A program made the translations under genes and the position numbers. A DNA stretch of 64,000 nt from Elusimicrobiota bacterium (GTDB taxonomy: Bacteria; Elusimicrobiota; Elusimicrobia; UBA1565; UBA9628): assembly GCA_016212825.1 (NCBI GenBank), contig JACRDS010000143.1:1712-65711 (forward strand), in the 5' to 3' direction. The notes beneath the pieces are model-generated. The model did not search any database. It was given only the letters and a program-made list of their open reading frames with translations, and had not been told where the DNA came from. Below, one piece after another: positions 44,874 to 54,633 of this stretch. Within the stretch, counting starts at the first letter, position 1, and each line of letters opens with the position of its first letter.

Positions 44874-46016
44874 CTACCGGTTGACGTGCACCACCTTCGC
44901 GGGCGGGAAGCCGTTGAAGTAGGTGGAGGAGGCGTGGCTGTAGGCCCCGATGTTGGGGCTGTAGAGCAGTTCGCCGAGCTCCAGGTCCGCGGGCAGCTTC
45001 TCGGACATGGAGATGACGTCCAAAGCGTCGCAGGTCGGGCCGAACACGCCGCAGATCTGCTCCGGTCCCTTGCGGAAGGACTTCATGTGGTAGTGGCAGT
45101 GGTCGAAGATGATGCCGGAGTAGGTGTGGTAGACCCCGTCGTCGACATAGTAGCAGACCTTGCCGTCGCGCACGGCCTTGCCGAGTATGGTGACCACGGA
45201 GGTGGCCGCGGTGGCGATCATGAAGCGGCCGGGCTCGGCCAGGATCTCCACGTCCTTGGGGAAGAGCCGCTCGAGCTCGGCGTTGATCTTCTCGGCCAGG
45301 AGTTTGAACGGCTTGACGGTCTCGTCGTAGGGCGCCGGGAAGCCCCCGCCGATGTCGACCAGGTTCATGCGCGAATAGCCGCGTTCGCGCGCCTCCCGGA
45401 AGATGTCGGCGGCCAGGTTGATGGCCTGCACGAAGTTCTCGAAGTTGGTGGTCTGGCTGCCCACGTGGAAGCTCAGCCCCTCCACGACCAGGCCCGCCTC
45501 GACCGCGGCCAGGATGAGGTCCACTGACTCCCCCGGCGCGGCGCCGAACTTGGAGGAGAGCTCCACCATGGCGCCGGTGTTGGGCACCCGGATGCGCAGG
45601 GCCAGGCCCGCATGCGGGGCGTGGCGCTTGATCTTGCGCACCTCCTCGATGTTGTCGTAGGTCACCAGAGGCTTGTAGGGGTCGAGCTCGCGCAGCGTGG
45701 CGTTGGCCTTGATGGGGTTGGCGTAGATGATCTTGTCCCAGATCCAGGCTTGGCGCTTCTTGGCCGGCATGCGCTTGATGTTCTCGTGGACGATGCGGAA
45801 CTCGGGCATGGAGGCCACATCGAAGCTGGCCCCGGCCTTGTAGAGGGTCTCCACGATCTCGGGCAGGGGCTCGGCCTTGACCGCGTAGTAGGCCTGAACC
45901 CGGGGCAGGTACCTCTTGAAGGTGGCGTAATTGCGCCGGATCTCGTCGTGGTCCACCACGAAGAGCGGAGTGCCGTGCCTTTGGGCGAGCTTCTGCAGCT
46001 GCGCGCGCGATACCAT
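44874..46016 (-). CDS. group IV PLP-dependent decarboxylase, ornithine/lysine decarboxylase-like
   Basis: 380 aa. YAVKA, FDVAS, SFHVGSQ, DIGGGFP, EPGRF and GPTCDALD motifs. Lies directly downstream of hss. Confidence 0.85.
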   Translation of the reverse strand: MVSRAQLQKLAQRHGTPLFVVDHDEIRRNYATFKRYLPRVQAYYAVKAEPLPEIVETLYKAGASFDVASMPEFRIVHENIKRMPAKKRQAWIWDKIIYANPIKANATLRELDPYKPLVTYDNIEEVRKIKRHAPHAGLALRIRVPNTGAMVELSSKFGAAPGESVDLILAAVEAGLVVEGLSFHVGSQTTNFENFVQAINLAADIFREARERGYSRMNLVDIGGGFPAPYDETVKPFKLLAEKINAELERLFPKDVEILAEPGRFMIATAATSVVTILGKAVRDGKVCYYVDDGVYHTYSGIIFDHCHYHMKSFRKGPEQICGVFGPTCDALDVISMSEKLPADLELGELLYSPNIGAYSHASSTYFNGFPPAKVVHVNR

Positions 46017-46019
46017 GTT

Positions 46020-47477
46020 CTAGTCTCCATCCGTGATGAGGAAGTTCTTGAACTGCCACGGGTCCTTGCGGTCCACGGCCGGGTTGTTGAAGCCCTTGAA
46101 GGCGTTGGTGTAGTGCTTCAGCGGCGTCCAGCCCGAGCGTTTGGAGATGAACTTCCCCAGATAGGGCTTGGCCGCCCTGAGGATGAATTCGTGGGGCAGG
46201 TCGTCCGGGACCACCACGCCGCGCTCCGGGTTCTCCACCATCCACAGGGTGGCGGCCACCACGGAGATGGCCACCTGCATGGTGGTGGCGTTCTGGTGCG
46301 GGACCAGACGGCGCGACTCCTCGATGGAGAGGTCGGTGCCGCACCACCAGGAGTTGTAGGGGTGCCCCATGAGCAGCGCGCCCAGGATGTCGCGGCCGCT
46401 GACGATCTCGTCGTTCATGATGCGGACCTTGGGCTGGAGCTGGTAGTCGTAGCCGCGCAGTTCGTGCAGGGAGATGACGGCGTTGTCGCTGGGGCAGTAG
46501 GCGTAGTGCACGGTGGGGCGGTACGCGGCCTTGCCGTTCTTCCAGACCGTGAGCTTGTCCGAGATGGTGAAGGCCTCGCCGTGGCGCACCACCATGCCGT
46601 GGATGCAGTAGTCCGGCACCCAGGAGCAGACCCAGGTGTTCATGCCCATGCGCGCCAGGCAGATCTGGTTCTTCGGCCCCGCCTTGTGCTGGTAGGCGAA
46701 ATCCGGCAGCTCCTTCTCGTGCGTTCCCCAGCCCATCTCGGCCGTGGTGGTGCCTTCCTCGCGGAAGCCCTCCACGCTCCAGGTGTTGACGAACTCGTCG
46801 ACCTCCTTGGGGACGTTCGAGATCTGCGTGTCGCGCTCGGAGCAGTGGATGACCTTGACGCCGAGCTCCATGGCCAGGCGGTTGAAGACCTGGTCCTTGG
46901 CGAGCTGTCGAATGGTCTCGGCCCTGCGGCCCGCGACCTTGCGCTCGGCCAGCAGGTTCTTGGCGATGTCCAGGAGGCCGTACTTGGTGAAGTGGGAGAT
47001 GAGCCCAGGATTGGCGCCGTGCTCCAGGACCGCGGTGGGGCCGGGGCGGTCCCACTTGGCGATCATGCGCCGGATGTTCATCTGGCGCCAGTAGAGGGTG
47101 CGCTCCTGGGGCGTCTTGTCGGCCGCGCCGGCGTAGGGGTCCCAGAGTTCGGTGGAGGTGTTGATGTAGAGCACGCCGCGGTCATGACACCAGCGCAGTA
47201 TCTCGCAGGCGTCGATGTTCCAGGCCAGGTCGATGAGCACGTCGCCTTCGTCGAGGTACTGGCTCAGGAGCAGGCCCATGTTCTGCTCGGTCACGCGGTC
47301 CCGCACCCACTTCACGCCCTTGGCGATGTGGGGCTTGAGCGCGCCGCGGCGGTCCTCGAAGTCCATGACCGTGATCTGCCGGGGCCGGACCTTCATGAGC
47401 TTGAGCAGGATGGGCAGAGCGCACTGGGCCACGGCGCCGTAGCCGACGAAAAGAATCTTCTTGTCGAACTTGGTCAT
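46020..47477 (-). CDS. hss: homospermidine synthase
   Basis: 485 aa. FVGYGAVAQ NAD fold, LEHGANPGLISHF, VNTWSVEGF, EMGWGTHE, HQNATTMQV, and C-terminal DPWQFKNFL. This matches my recollection of bacterial HSS over its full length. Confidence 0.9.
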   Translation of the reverse strand: MTKFDKKILFVGYGAVAQCALPILLKLMKVRPRQITVMDFEDRRGALKPHIAKGVKWVRDRVTEQNMGLLLSQYLDEGDVLIDLAWNIDACEILRWCHDRGVLYINTSTELWDPYAGAADKTPQERTLYWRQMNIRRMIAKWDRPGPTAVLEHGANPGLISHFTKYGLLDIAKNLLAERKVAGRRAETIRQLAKDQVFNRLAMELGVKVIHCSERDTQISNVPKEVDEFVNTWSVEGFREEGTTTAEMGWGTHEKELPDFAYQHKAGPKNQICLARMGMNTWVCSWVPDYCIHGMVVRHGEAFTISDKLTVWKNGKAAYRPTVHYAYCPSDNAVISLHELRGYDYQLQPKVRIMNDEIVSGRDILGALLMGHPYNSWWCGTDLSIEESRRLVPHQNATTMQVAISVVAATLWMVENPERGVVVPDDLPHEFILRAAKPYLGKFISKRSGWTPLKHYTNAFKGFNNPAVDRKDPWQFKNFLITDGD

Positions 47478-47582
47478 GGCAGGGGACTCCTCGGCGGTCT
47501 AGGGTTGAGGCGGCGGGAACTTCGGTCCATTCTTTTTCATGCGGGGAACAGCGTCAGGAATCATAGCATGAATGGGCCGCGT

Positions 47583-48083
47583 TCATCGAACCTGCCGAGG
47601 GAGCTTCTCCAGGGCCTCAAGCCGGCGGCGGTGCTTCTCGCTGGGCTCGAGCTCGCAGACGCGGCGGGCGTGCTCCCGGGCGCGCTCCAGGTCCCCGGCC
47701 TCCTCATAGAGCTCGGCCAGCCGCAGGTGCGCGGCCCAGTTCGTCGGGTCGCGCTGCACGACCGTTGAGCACTCCGCGGCCTCGCGCTCGAAACGCAGCT
47801 TACGGATGCGCGCCGCGGTCCTGAGGCTGTGCGCTTTGAGCATGTAGAGGGCCGCGAGGAGCGCGCCGACGATGACGGGGAGAAGAAGCAGTCCTTTCAA
47901 CTGCCGGCCCTGGCCGGCGACCAGGCTCCAAGAGAAGATGCCGAGCACGAAGAATCCGGAGAGGAAGACCACGCGATGAAGGTCGTGGTCCGGAGGGACC
48001 GAGCCGTCGGTCATGCGCTCGACGCGGTCTATGACGCAGACCGCGACCAGGCTCAGGACGACGGCGAAGAGCAGCGGCGCCAC
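47583..48083 (-). CDS. membrane protein with a C-terminal TPR-like motif
   Basis: 166 aa. GTG start. Three TM helices, then DPTNWAAHLRLAELYEEAGDLERAREHARRVCELEP. Confidence 0.6.
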   Translation of the reverse strand: MAPLLFAVVLSLVAVCVIDRVERMTDGSVPPDHDLHRVVFLSGFFVLGIFSWSLVAGQGRQLKGLLLLPVIVGALLAALYMLKAHSLRTAARIRKLRFEREAAECSTVVQRDPTNWAAHLRLAELYEEAGDLERAREHARRVCELEPSEKHRRRLEALEKLPRQVR

Positions 48084-48105
48084 TGGTAAGTTGTATCATA
48101 TCCGC

Positions 48106-48999
48106 ATGCGCGCGCTGATTTGCGCCCTCCTGGCGCTTCTCGCCGCCCCAGCCGCGACCCAGGTCGTGGAGCGCGAGACCTTCGCGGTCATCGGCTGGAA
48201 CGACGCCTGCTCCGTGGCCGTCCAGCAGTTCGGCTACGCCCCCATCGGAGAGGCCGTGGTGGGCGAGCCCGTGCGCACCCGCATCGGGACCATCACCATC
48301 GCCCCCGGAGAGGAGTCCTCGCGCACCGTGCTGACCGCGGACTGGTCCGGAGCGCGCACCTGGGACCGCGCCGAAGCCAAGAAGGTCGTCCAGGACCTTC
48401 TCGCGGCCGGCTACGCTAATCCCGGCTACACCGAGGACATCCGCGTGCCCCGCAAGGAGGGCCCCCGTCCCTACGAGGACGTCATCCTCTCCACCGCGGC
48501 CCTCCAGATCCGCGCCCCCTTCAAGTGGCCCGGCGACGACTGGGGCTGGGACAAGATCGTCTATTCCCCCCTGGGCACCTGCGGCCTCTTCATATACAGC
48601 CGGCGCCAGAAGGGCCTCCCCTTCTACCGCACCGCGCTCTACCGTTTCTACAACCCCTCCGCGCGCACCCAGCGCGCCGCGGCCCACCAGACCAACTCGC
48701 GCCTGCTCTTCGAGGCCAGCGACCTCGAGGGCGCCCGAGCCGAGGCCGCCACCGCCGCGCGCCTGCAGCCCGAACTCGCCATCGCCCGCTACCGCCACGC
48801 CGTGCTGCTGTGCCTCTCCGGACACCTCAACGAGTCCGTAGCCGAGCTCGCCGAGGCCATCAAGCGCGATCCCAAGCTCGCGGCCAAGGCCCGCCACGAC
48901 CCCGACTTCTACGAGGTCTACGGATTCCCGCTCTTCCGCGCCGCCGTGGGAGAGGACCCGCACCCCGTCCGCCTCCATCGCGAGGGCGACCAGCCATGA
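48106..48999 (+). CDS. hypothetical secreted protein with a C-terminal TPR-like region
   Basis: 297 aa from MRALICALLALLAAPAATQ. TATCAT box 6 nt upstream of the ATG. Its stop overlaps the metH ATG (ATGA). Confidence 0.55.
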   Translation: MRALICALLALLAAPAATQVVERETFAVIGWNDACSVAVQQFGYAPIGEAVVGEPVRTRIGTITIAPGEESSRTVLTADWSGARTWDRAEAKKVVQDLLAAGYANPGYTEDIRVPRKEGPRPYEDVILSTAALQIRAPFKWPGDDWGWDKIVYSPLGTCGLFIYSRRQKGLPFYRTALYRFYNPSARTQRAAAHQTNSRLLFEASDLEGARAEAATAARLQPELAIARYRHAVLLCLSGHLNESVAELAEAIKRDPKLAAKARHDPDFYEVYGFPLFRAAVGEDPHPVRLHREGDQP

Positions 49000-51900
49000 C
49001 CTTCCTCGAAAGCCTCGGCCTGCCCGAAAGCGGCCGCGAACTGCGCGCGGCCCTGGCGGAGCGCATCCTGATACTCGACGGCTCCATGGGCAGCCAGCTC
49101 GCCTCCCAGGGCCTCAAGGCCGCGGATTTCGGAGGAGCCGCCCAGGAAGGCTGCTTCGACATCCTCCCCGTCACCAAACCCTCGGTGGTGGCCGCGGTGC
49201 ACGAGCGCTACCTCGAGGCCGGGGCGGACATCCTCTCGACCTGCTCCTTCGGCGCCCTGCGCCACGTCCTGGCCGAGTACGGCATCGCCGGGCGCGCCCT
49301 GGAGCTCAACCGCGCCGCCGCGGCCCTGGCCGTTGCCGCGGCCCGGCGCCACGCCTCCCCTGACAAGCCCCGCTTCGTGGCCGGCTCCATGGGCCCCGGC
49401 ACCAAGACCATCACCTTGACCGGCGGCATCACCTTCGCCGAGGTCGCCGCGGCTCACGCCGAGCAGGCCCAAGGCCTCCTCTCGGGCGGCGCCGACCTCC
49501 TGCTCCTGGAGACCCAGCAGGACACGGTCAATATCAAGGCCTCCCTGTGCGGCATCGCCGACTGCTTCCGCCTCCTGGGCCGGCGCGTGCCGGTCATCCT
49601 CTCCGCCTCCATCGAGGCTTCTGGCGCCATGCTCGGCGGCCAGACCGCGGAGGCCCTGGCCGATTCCACCGCACACTGGGGACTCTTCGGCATCGGCCTC
49701 AACTGCGCCCTGGGGCCGGAGCGCATGGCCGATCACGCGCGCACCCTCGCGGCCCTGTCGCCGGGCTTCACCGTCTGCTACCCGAACGCCGGCCTGCCTG
49801 ACGAGGAAGGCCGCTACAGCGAGGGCCCGGACTCCTTCGCGGAGAAACTCTCGCGCTTCTGCGCCGAAGGCTGGCTCAACATCGTGGGAGGCTGCTGCGG
49901 CACCACCCCCGCGCATATCAAGGCCGTGGCGGCCATGGCCGCCGGCCGGACGCCCCGCCAGCCGGCCCCGGCGCGGCGCTGGTGCCTCGCCGGCCTGGAA
50001 TCCTTGACCGTCGAGGAGGACAAGCGGCCCGTGCTGGTGGGAGAGCGCGCCAACGTGGTCGGCTCGCGGCTGTTCAAGGACCTGATCGTCAAGGAGGACT
50101 TCGCCGCGGCAGCGGACGTGGGCCGGCGCCAGGTGCGCGGCGGGGCCCAGGTCCTCGACGTCTGCCTGGCCAATCCCGACCGCGACGAGCTCGCGGACAT
50201 GACGCGCCTGCTCGAACGCCTGGCCCCGGCCGTGCGCGTGCCGCTCATGATCGACTCCCTGGACCCCGCGGTCCTGGAGGCGGCTCTGCAGCGCTGCCCG
50301 GGCAAGTGCCTCATCAACTCGGTCAACCTCGAGGAGGGGGAGAAGCGCTTCGCGGCCGTGGCCCCCCTGGCGCGCCGCTACGGCGCGGCCCTCGTGGTCG
50401 GGACCATCGATGAGGACAAGGCCTCGGGCATGGCCCTGACCCGAGAGCGCAAGCTGGCCGTGGCCCGGCGCAGCCATGAGCTGCTGACCGGGAAGTACGG
50501 CGTGCCTGAGGAGGACCTCTACTTCGACCCCCTGGTCTTCCCCGCGGCCACCGGGGACGGCAAGTACACGGGCAGTTCGGGCGAGACCGTCGCGGCCATC
50601 CGGCTGATCAAGGAGAGCCTGCCGGGCTGCAAGACCGTCCTCGGCATCTCCAACGTCTCCTTCGGCCTGCCGCCCGCGGGCCGCGAGGTTCTCAACGCCG
50701 TGTTCCTGCACCGCTGCGTAGGTGCCGGGCTGGACCTGGCCATCGTCAACAGCGAGAAGCTCGCGCGCTACGCGAACCTGCCGGCGGAGGAGCGGCGCCT
50801 GGCCGAGGAGCTCCTCGACGGAACCGGTCCTGACCCGGTCGCCGCCTTCACCGCCCACTTCCGACAGGCCAAACCAAAGGCTCCGGCGGCCGGCGGACAG
50901 CTGCCCGCAGAGGAACGCGTGCGGCTGGCCGTGGTCACGGCCAGCCGCGAAGGCCTGGCGGCGGCCCTCGAAGAGCTCCTCCAGTCGAAGACCCCCCTCG
51001 AGATCGTCAACGGCCCGCTCATGGCCGGCATGGCCGAGGTGGGACGCCTCTTCGCGGCCAACGACCTCATCGTGGCCGAGGTCCTCCAGTGCGCCGAGGT
51101 CATGAAGGCCGCGGTGAGCCTCCTGGAGCCCCGCATGGAAGGAAGCCGGGCAGCGGCGCGCGGAATCATCGCCCTGGCCACGGTCAAGGGCGACGTGCAC
51201 GACATCGGCAAGAACCTGGTGCACATCATCCTCAAGAACAACGGCTACGAGGTCGCGGACCTCGGCATCAAGGCCTCCTCCGAGACCATCCTCGAGGGCC
51301 TGCGCCGCAGCAAGGCCGGGGCCCTGGGGCTCTCCGGCCTGCTGGTGCGCTCCTGCCAGGAGATGGCCCTCACCGCCGCGGACCTGGCCCATGCCGGCGT
51401 GGACATCCCCCTCGTGACCGGCGGCGCGGCCCTGTCGCCGCGCTTCGTGGCGGCCAAGGTCGCGCCCGCCTATGCGAACCCCGTCTTCTACGCCAAGGAC
51501 GCCATGGTCGGCCTGGACATCTTCAACTCCCTCTTCGACCCGGCTCAGCGCGCCTCCGCCGAGGCCCGCAACCGGGAGGAGCAGGGGAGGCTGAGGGCCG
51601 CATCCTCCCCCGTCCCGGCGCCTCCCGCCTGCGTGCGGCCGGCCGGAGGGGCCGCTCCTGCCGCGCGTCACGACGGCCCCATCCCCGCGCCCCCGGACCT
51701 GGCGCTCCACGCGGTGGAGGATTTCGACTCCGGCGAGGTCTTCCGCAACATCGACCTGCAGATGCTCTACGGCAAACACCTCGGCCTGCGGGGCGCGGTG
51801 AAGAAGCTCTTCGCGGCCGGGGACCCGAAGGCCCTGGAGCTGCGCCGGCGCATGCAGGAGCTCTGGGCCAAGTCCCGCTCCCGCGGCCTGCTGCATCCAC

Positions 51901-52448
51901 GAGGAGCCTACCGCTTCGTTCCCTGCCAGGCCGAGGGAGATTCCCTCGTCCTCTACGAGGACCCCGAAGGCCGCAAGACCCTGGCCCGCTTCGCCTTCCC
52001 GCGCCAGGGCTCGGGCGAGCGCCTCTGCCTGTCCGACTTCGCCGCGCCCAAGGCCTCCGGCCGCATGGATTACCTGGCTCTGTTCGTGGTCACGGCCGGG
52101 ACCGGCGTGCGCGAGGAGGCGGCGCGCCTGCGCGAGGCCGGCGACTACTTCGAGTCCCACGCCCTGAGCTCCCTGGCTCTCGACGGCTCCGAGGCCGCGG
52201 CCGAGGTCCTGCACGGCCGGCTGCGCGGACTCTGGGACATCGGGGCGCGCGGGGAGCGCTTCAGCTTCGGCTATCCCGCCTGCCCGGACCTGGAGCCCCA
52301 GGCCAGGCTCCTGGAGCTGCTGGACAGCCGGCGCAGCGCGGGCGTGTCCCTCACCGAGGGCTTCATGATGGACCCGGAGGCCAGCGTCTCGGCCCTGGTC
52401 TTCCATCACCCCCAGGCCCGGATATTCTCCGTCGCCCCTCCCGGATGA
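48996..52448 (+). CDS. metH: cobalamin-dependent methionine synthase
   Basis: 1150 aa with five-module architecture. Hcy-binding N-terminus, pterin-binding domain, B12 motif GDVHDIGKN, and a C-terminal AdoMet-activation domain. Confidence 0.97.
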   Translation: MTFLESLGLPESGRELRAALAERILILDGSMGSQLASQGLKAADFGGAAQEGCFDILPVTKPSVVAAVHERYLEAGADILSTCSFGALRHVLAEYGIAGRALELNRAAAALAVAAARRHASPDKPRFVAGSMGPGTKTITLTGGITFAEVAAAHAEQAQGLLSGGADLLLLETQQDTVNIKASLCGIADCFRLLGRRVPVILSASIEASGAMLGGQTAEALADSTAHWGLFGIGLNCALGPERMADHARTLAALSPGFTVCYPNAGLPDEEGRYSEGPDSFAEKLSRFCAEGWLNIVGGCCGTTPAHIKAVAAMAAGRTPRQPAPARRWCLAGLESLTVEEDKRPVLVGERANVVGSRLFKDLIVKEDFAAAADVGRRQVRGGAQVLDVCLANPDRDELADMTRLLERLAPAVRVPLMIDSLDPAVLEAALQRCPGKCLINSVNLEEGEKRFAAVAPLARRYGAALVVGTIDEDKASGMALTRERKLAVARRSHELLTGKYGVPEEDLYFDPLVFPAATGDGKYTGSSGETVAAIRLIKESLPGCKTVLGISNVSFGLPPAGREVLNAVFLHRCVGAGLDLAIVNSEKLARYANLPAEERRLAEELLDGTGPDPVAAFTAHFRQAKPKAPAAGGQLPAEERVRLAVVTASREGLAAALEELLQSKTPLEIVNGPLMAGMAEVGRLFAANDLIVAEVLQCAEVMKAAVSLLEPRMEGSRAAARGIIALATVKGDVHDIGKNLVHIILKNNGYEVADLGIKASSETILEGLRRSKAGALGLSGLLVRSCQEMALTAADLAHAGVDIPLVTGGAALSPRFVAAKVAPAYANPVFYAKDAMVGLDIFNSLFDPAQRASAEARNREEQGRLRAASSPVPAPPACVRPAGGAAPAARHDGPIPAPPDLALHAVEDFDSGEVFRNIDLQMLYGKHLGLRGAVKKLFAAGDPKALELRRRMQELWAKSRSRGLLHPRGAYRFVPCQAEGDSLVLYEDPEGRKTLARFAFPRQGSGERLCLSDFAAPKASGRMDYLALFVVTAGTGVREEAARLREAGDYFESHALSSLALDGSEAAAEVLHGRLRGLWDIGARGERFSFGYPACPDLEPQARLLELLDSRRSAGVSLTEGFMMDPEASVSALVFHHPQARIFSVAPPG

Positions 52449-53506
52449 TTCCCGGACTGCTCCTGCTCGCCGCCTTGGCCCTGCCCGCCCCGGCGGCGGA
52501 CCCCGCGGCGGCCGCGGACCGCGAGGTGCGCGCCGTCTTCGTCAAGCTGGAGGGCCTCCTGGCCCGACAGTCCGGCGCCGACGCGCGCGCGGTCGCGGCG
52601 CTCGGCCGGGAGATCGAGTCCCTCGCCCCGGCGGTGCTGCGCTGGAAGTGGCGCGCGGTCGCCCCTCTCGAGCGGGTCATGACCGACCCCGCCCGCCCCG
52701 TCAAGTCCCGACTCTACGCCCTGTCCTTCCTATCCCTGACCGGCGACCCCCTCGCCTTCCCGCCCCTGCGCCGCCTGCTCCTCGATCCGGGGCAGCCCGC
52801 GGCCCTGCGCTCGGCCGCGGCCGCGGGCTTGGCCGGCCTGGGGGCCTCGCGGCAGGCCCGCCGCGCGGCCCTGTGCGCGGCGCTGGCCCAGGAGGACATC
52901 CCCGATGAGACGGCCCGCGCGGCCCTGCTCGAGGCGTCGCGCCTGGGCTGCGACGAGGCCTCGGTCCTGGAAGACCGGGCCCGGCGCGGCGGGCTGCGTC
53001 CGGAAGGCGCCGCGGCCCGGGACGCGGAACTGGCCGCGGCGGGGCTGGGGCGCTCCTTTCCCATCTCGGCGGCCCGGGCCCTGGCGCGCCTGCTGGGGTT
53101 CTATCCTGCGGGCTCTCCCCTCAAGACCGCGGTCCTGCGCGCTCTCTGGGAGAAGCGCCGGGACCTCCCCGCCCTACGCGCCGAGGCCGCGGGAGCGCTG
53201 ACCGCCGCCATCCGTTCCGAGTCCGGTCGGCCGGAGAGCATCGCGGCCGCGGCGGCGGTCCTGGCCTCTCTGGACGACCCCGGGCACGTGCCGCTCCTGC
53301 GCCGCCTCCTCTCCTACCCGGACGCCGAGGTCGCCACCGCCGCGGCCGAGGCCCTGGCGCAGCTGCAGGTGTTCCCGGCGCGCGAAGACATCGCGCGGCT
53401 GCTGGCGCGCGTCCACGAGGACAAACGCTTCGCCCCCCAGCCCGGCCGGCCCGCGCCCCACGCGCTCATCGAGCGCCTCCAGGCGGCGCAGAGGAGGCTG
53501 CGTTGA
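52445..53506 (+). CDS. secreted HEAT/PBS-lyase-like repeat protein
   Basis: 353 aa with a signal peptide. Repeats of the type D..VR.AAA.ALA.LG (for example PLLRRLLSYPDAEVATAAAEALAQL). ATGA overlap with the metH stop. Confidence 0.6.
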   Translation: MIPGLLLLAALALPAPAADPAAAADREVRAVFVKLEGLLARQSGADARAVAALGREIESLAPAVLRWKWRAVAPLERVMTDPARPVKSRLYALSFLSLTGDPLAFPPLRRLLLDPGQPAALRSAAAAGLAGLGASRQARRAALCAALAQEDIPDETARAALLEASRLGCDEASVLEDRARRGGLRPEGAAARDAELAAAGLGRSFPISAARALARLLGFYPAGSPLKTAVLRALWEKRRDLPALRAEAAGALTAAIRSESGRPESIAAAAAVLASLDDPGHVPLLRRLLSYPDAEVATAAAEALAQLQVFPAREDIARLLARVHEDKRFAPQPGRPAPHALIERLQAAQRRLR

Positions 53507-54633
53507 CCGGCCCGTCCAGCGCCCATTGCCCTCACTGCGGCGCCGATATCAGCCCCGCGGCCTCGGCCTGCGGCTTCTGCGGGAAGTCCATCGGCCTCTC
53601 CTGGCTCCTGCGCCCCGTGCTCGCGGGGCTCCTCATCGGCTGCTCCGCGGGCCTCTTGGTCGGGGGGGCCCTCTGGTGGCGCGCCGCGGTGCGCCAGGCC
53701 GCGAGCCAGGAGGCCGCCGCGGCCACGCCTGCGGCCTCTCCCGCCCCCCCGGTCGACCCTTTCTACGACGACCTGCTGGACAAGGCCGAGGCGGACGAGG
53801 CCCGGGGCGATTTCCGCATGTCGGTGTCCCTGCTCCTGCAGGCCATGAACCTCCGCCCGGAGCGGCCCGCGGCCCGCGAGCGCCTGGAACGCCTGCGCTC
53901 CAAGCTCCTGCTCGAACACCGGGAACTGGCCCCGTCCCAGCCCGCCGCGGCCGCCCCCTCCGCCCCGCCGCCGGAAGCGGGGCCGGCGACCGCGCAGAGC
54001 CGGGACTTGGTCACCATCTCCGCCGGGCCCTTCCTGATGGGGGCCGACATGCCCGACCGCAGCCCCGACGAATATCCGGCCCATGAGGTCATCCTCCCCG
54101 CGTTCGGCATCGAGCCCCACGAGGTCACGGTGGAGTCCTACCGCCGCTTCTGCTCCGAGACCCGCCGTCCCTTCCCGCGCCAGCCCTTCGGGAGCACCCC
54201 GCGCCATCCCGTGGTCTCTGTCACCTGGCATGACGCCCGGGCCTATTGCCGCCGGCTCGGCCGCCGCCTCCCGACCGAGGCGGAGTGGGAGAAGGCCGCG
54301 CGCTGCGGCAATCCGCAGCCGTGGCCGCAGCCCTACGCCTGGTTCATGGAGGACTCCGAGGGCCGGTGCCATCCTGTGAAGGAGAAGGGGCCGTCGGGCT
54401 GCGATCTCTACGACCTGTACGGCAACGTCTGGGAATGGACCGCGGACTGGTATTCCGCGACCTACTATGACCGAAGCCCCAAAGACTCTCCGCGCGGCCC
54501 CCGCGCCGGCGAGGAGCGGGTCCTGCGCGGAGGCGCCTTCGACAGCCCGCGCGAAGCCCTCCCCCCCTCCTTCCGGGACAAGTTCTCCCCGGACACGGGC
54601 GCAGAGAACCGGGGCTTCCGCTGCGCCAAGTGA
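53503..54633 (+). CDS. zinc-ribbon / TM / FGE-sulfatase (SUMF1-like) domain protein
   Basis: 376 aa. TTG start (TTGA overlap) with a GAGGAGG Shine-Dalgarno. HCPHCG....CGFCG, one TM helix. C-terminal domain with RLPTEAEWEKAAR, YGNVWEWTADWY, RVLRGGAF and NRGFRCAK. Confidence 0.8.
   Translation: MTGPSSAHCPHCGADISPAASACGFCGKSIGLSWLLRPVLAGLLIGCSAGLLVGGALWWRAAVRQAASQEAAAATPAASPAPPVDPFYDDLLDKAEADEARGDFRMSVSLLLQAMNLRPERPAARERLERLRSKLLLEHRELAPSQPAAAAPSAPPPEAGPATAQSRDLVTISAGPFLMGADMPDRSPDEYPAHEVILPAFGIEPHEVTVESYRRFCSETRRPFPRQPFGSTPRHPVVSVTWHDARAYCRRLGRRLPTEAEWEKAARCGNPQPWPQPYAWFMEDSEGRCHPVKEKGPSGCDLYDLYGNVWEWTADWYSATYYDRSPKDSPRGPRAGEERVLRGGAFDSPREALPPSFRDKFSPDTGAENRGFRCAK

Noticed and set aside
48084-48105. 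A cobalamin or SAM riboswitch ahead of metH, or preQ1 riboswitches ahead of queC and queE.
   Set aside because: metH, queC and queE all start in overlaps with, or within 1 nt of, the preceding gene. The operon-head intergenic region is only 22 nt, so there is no room for a riboswitch aptamer.
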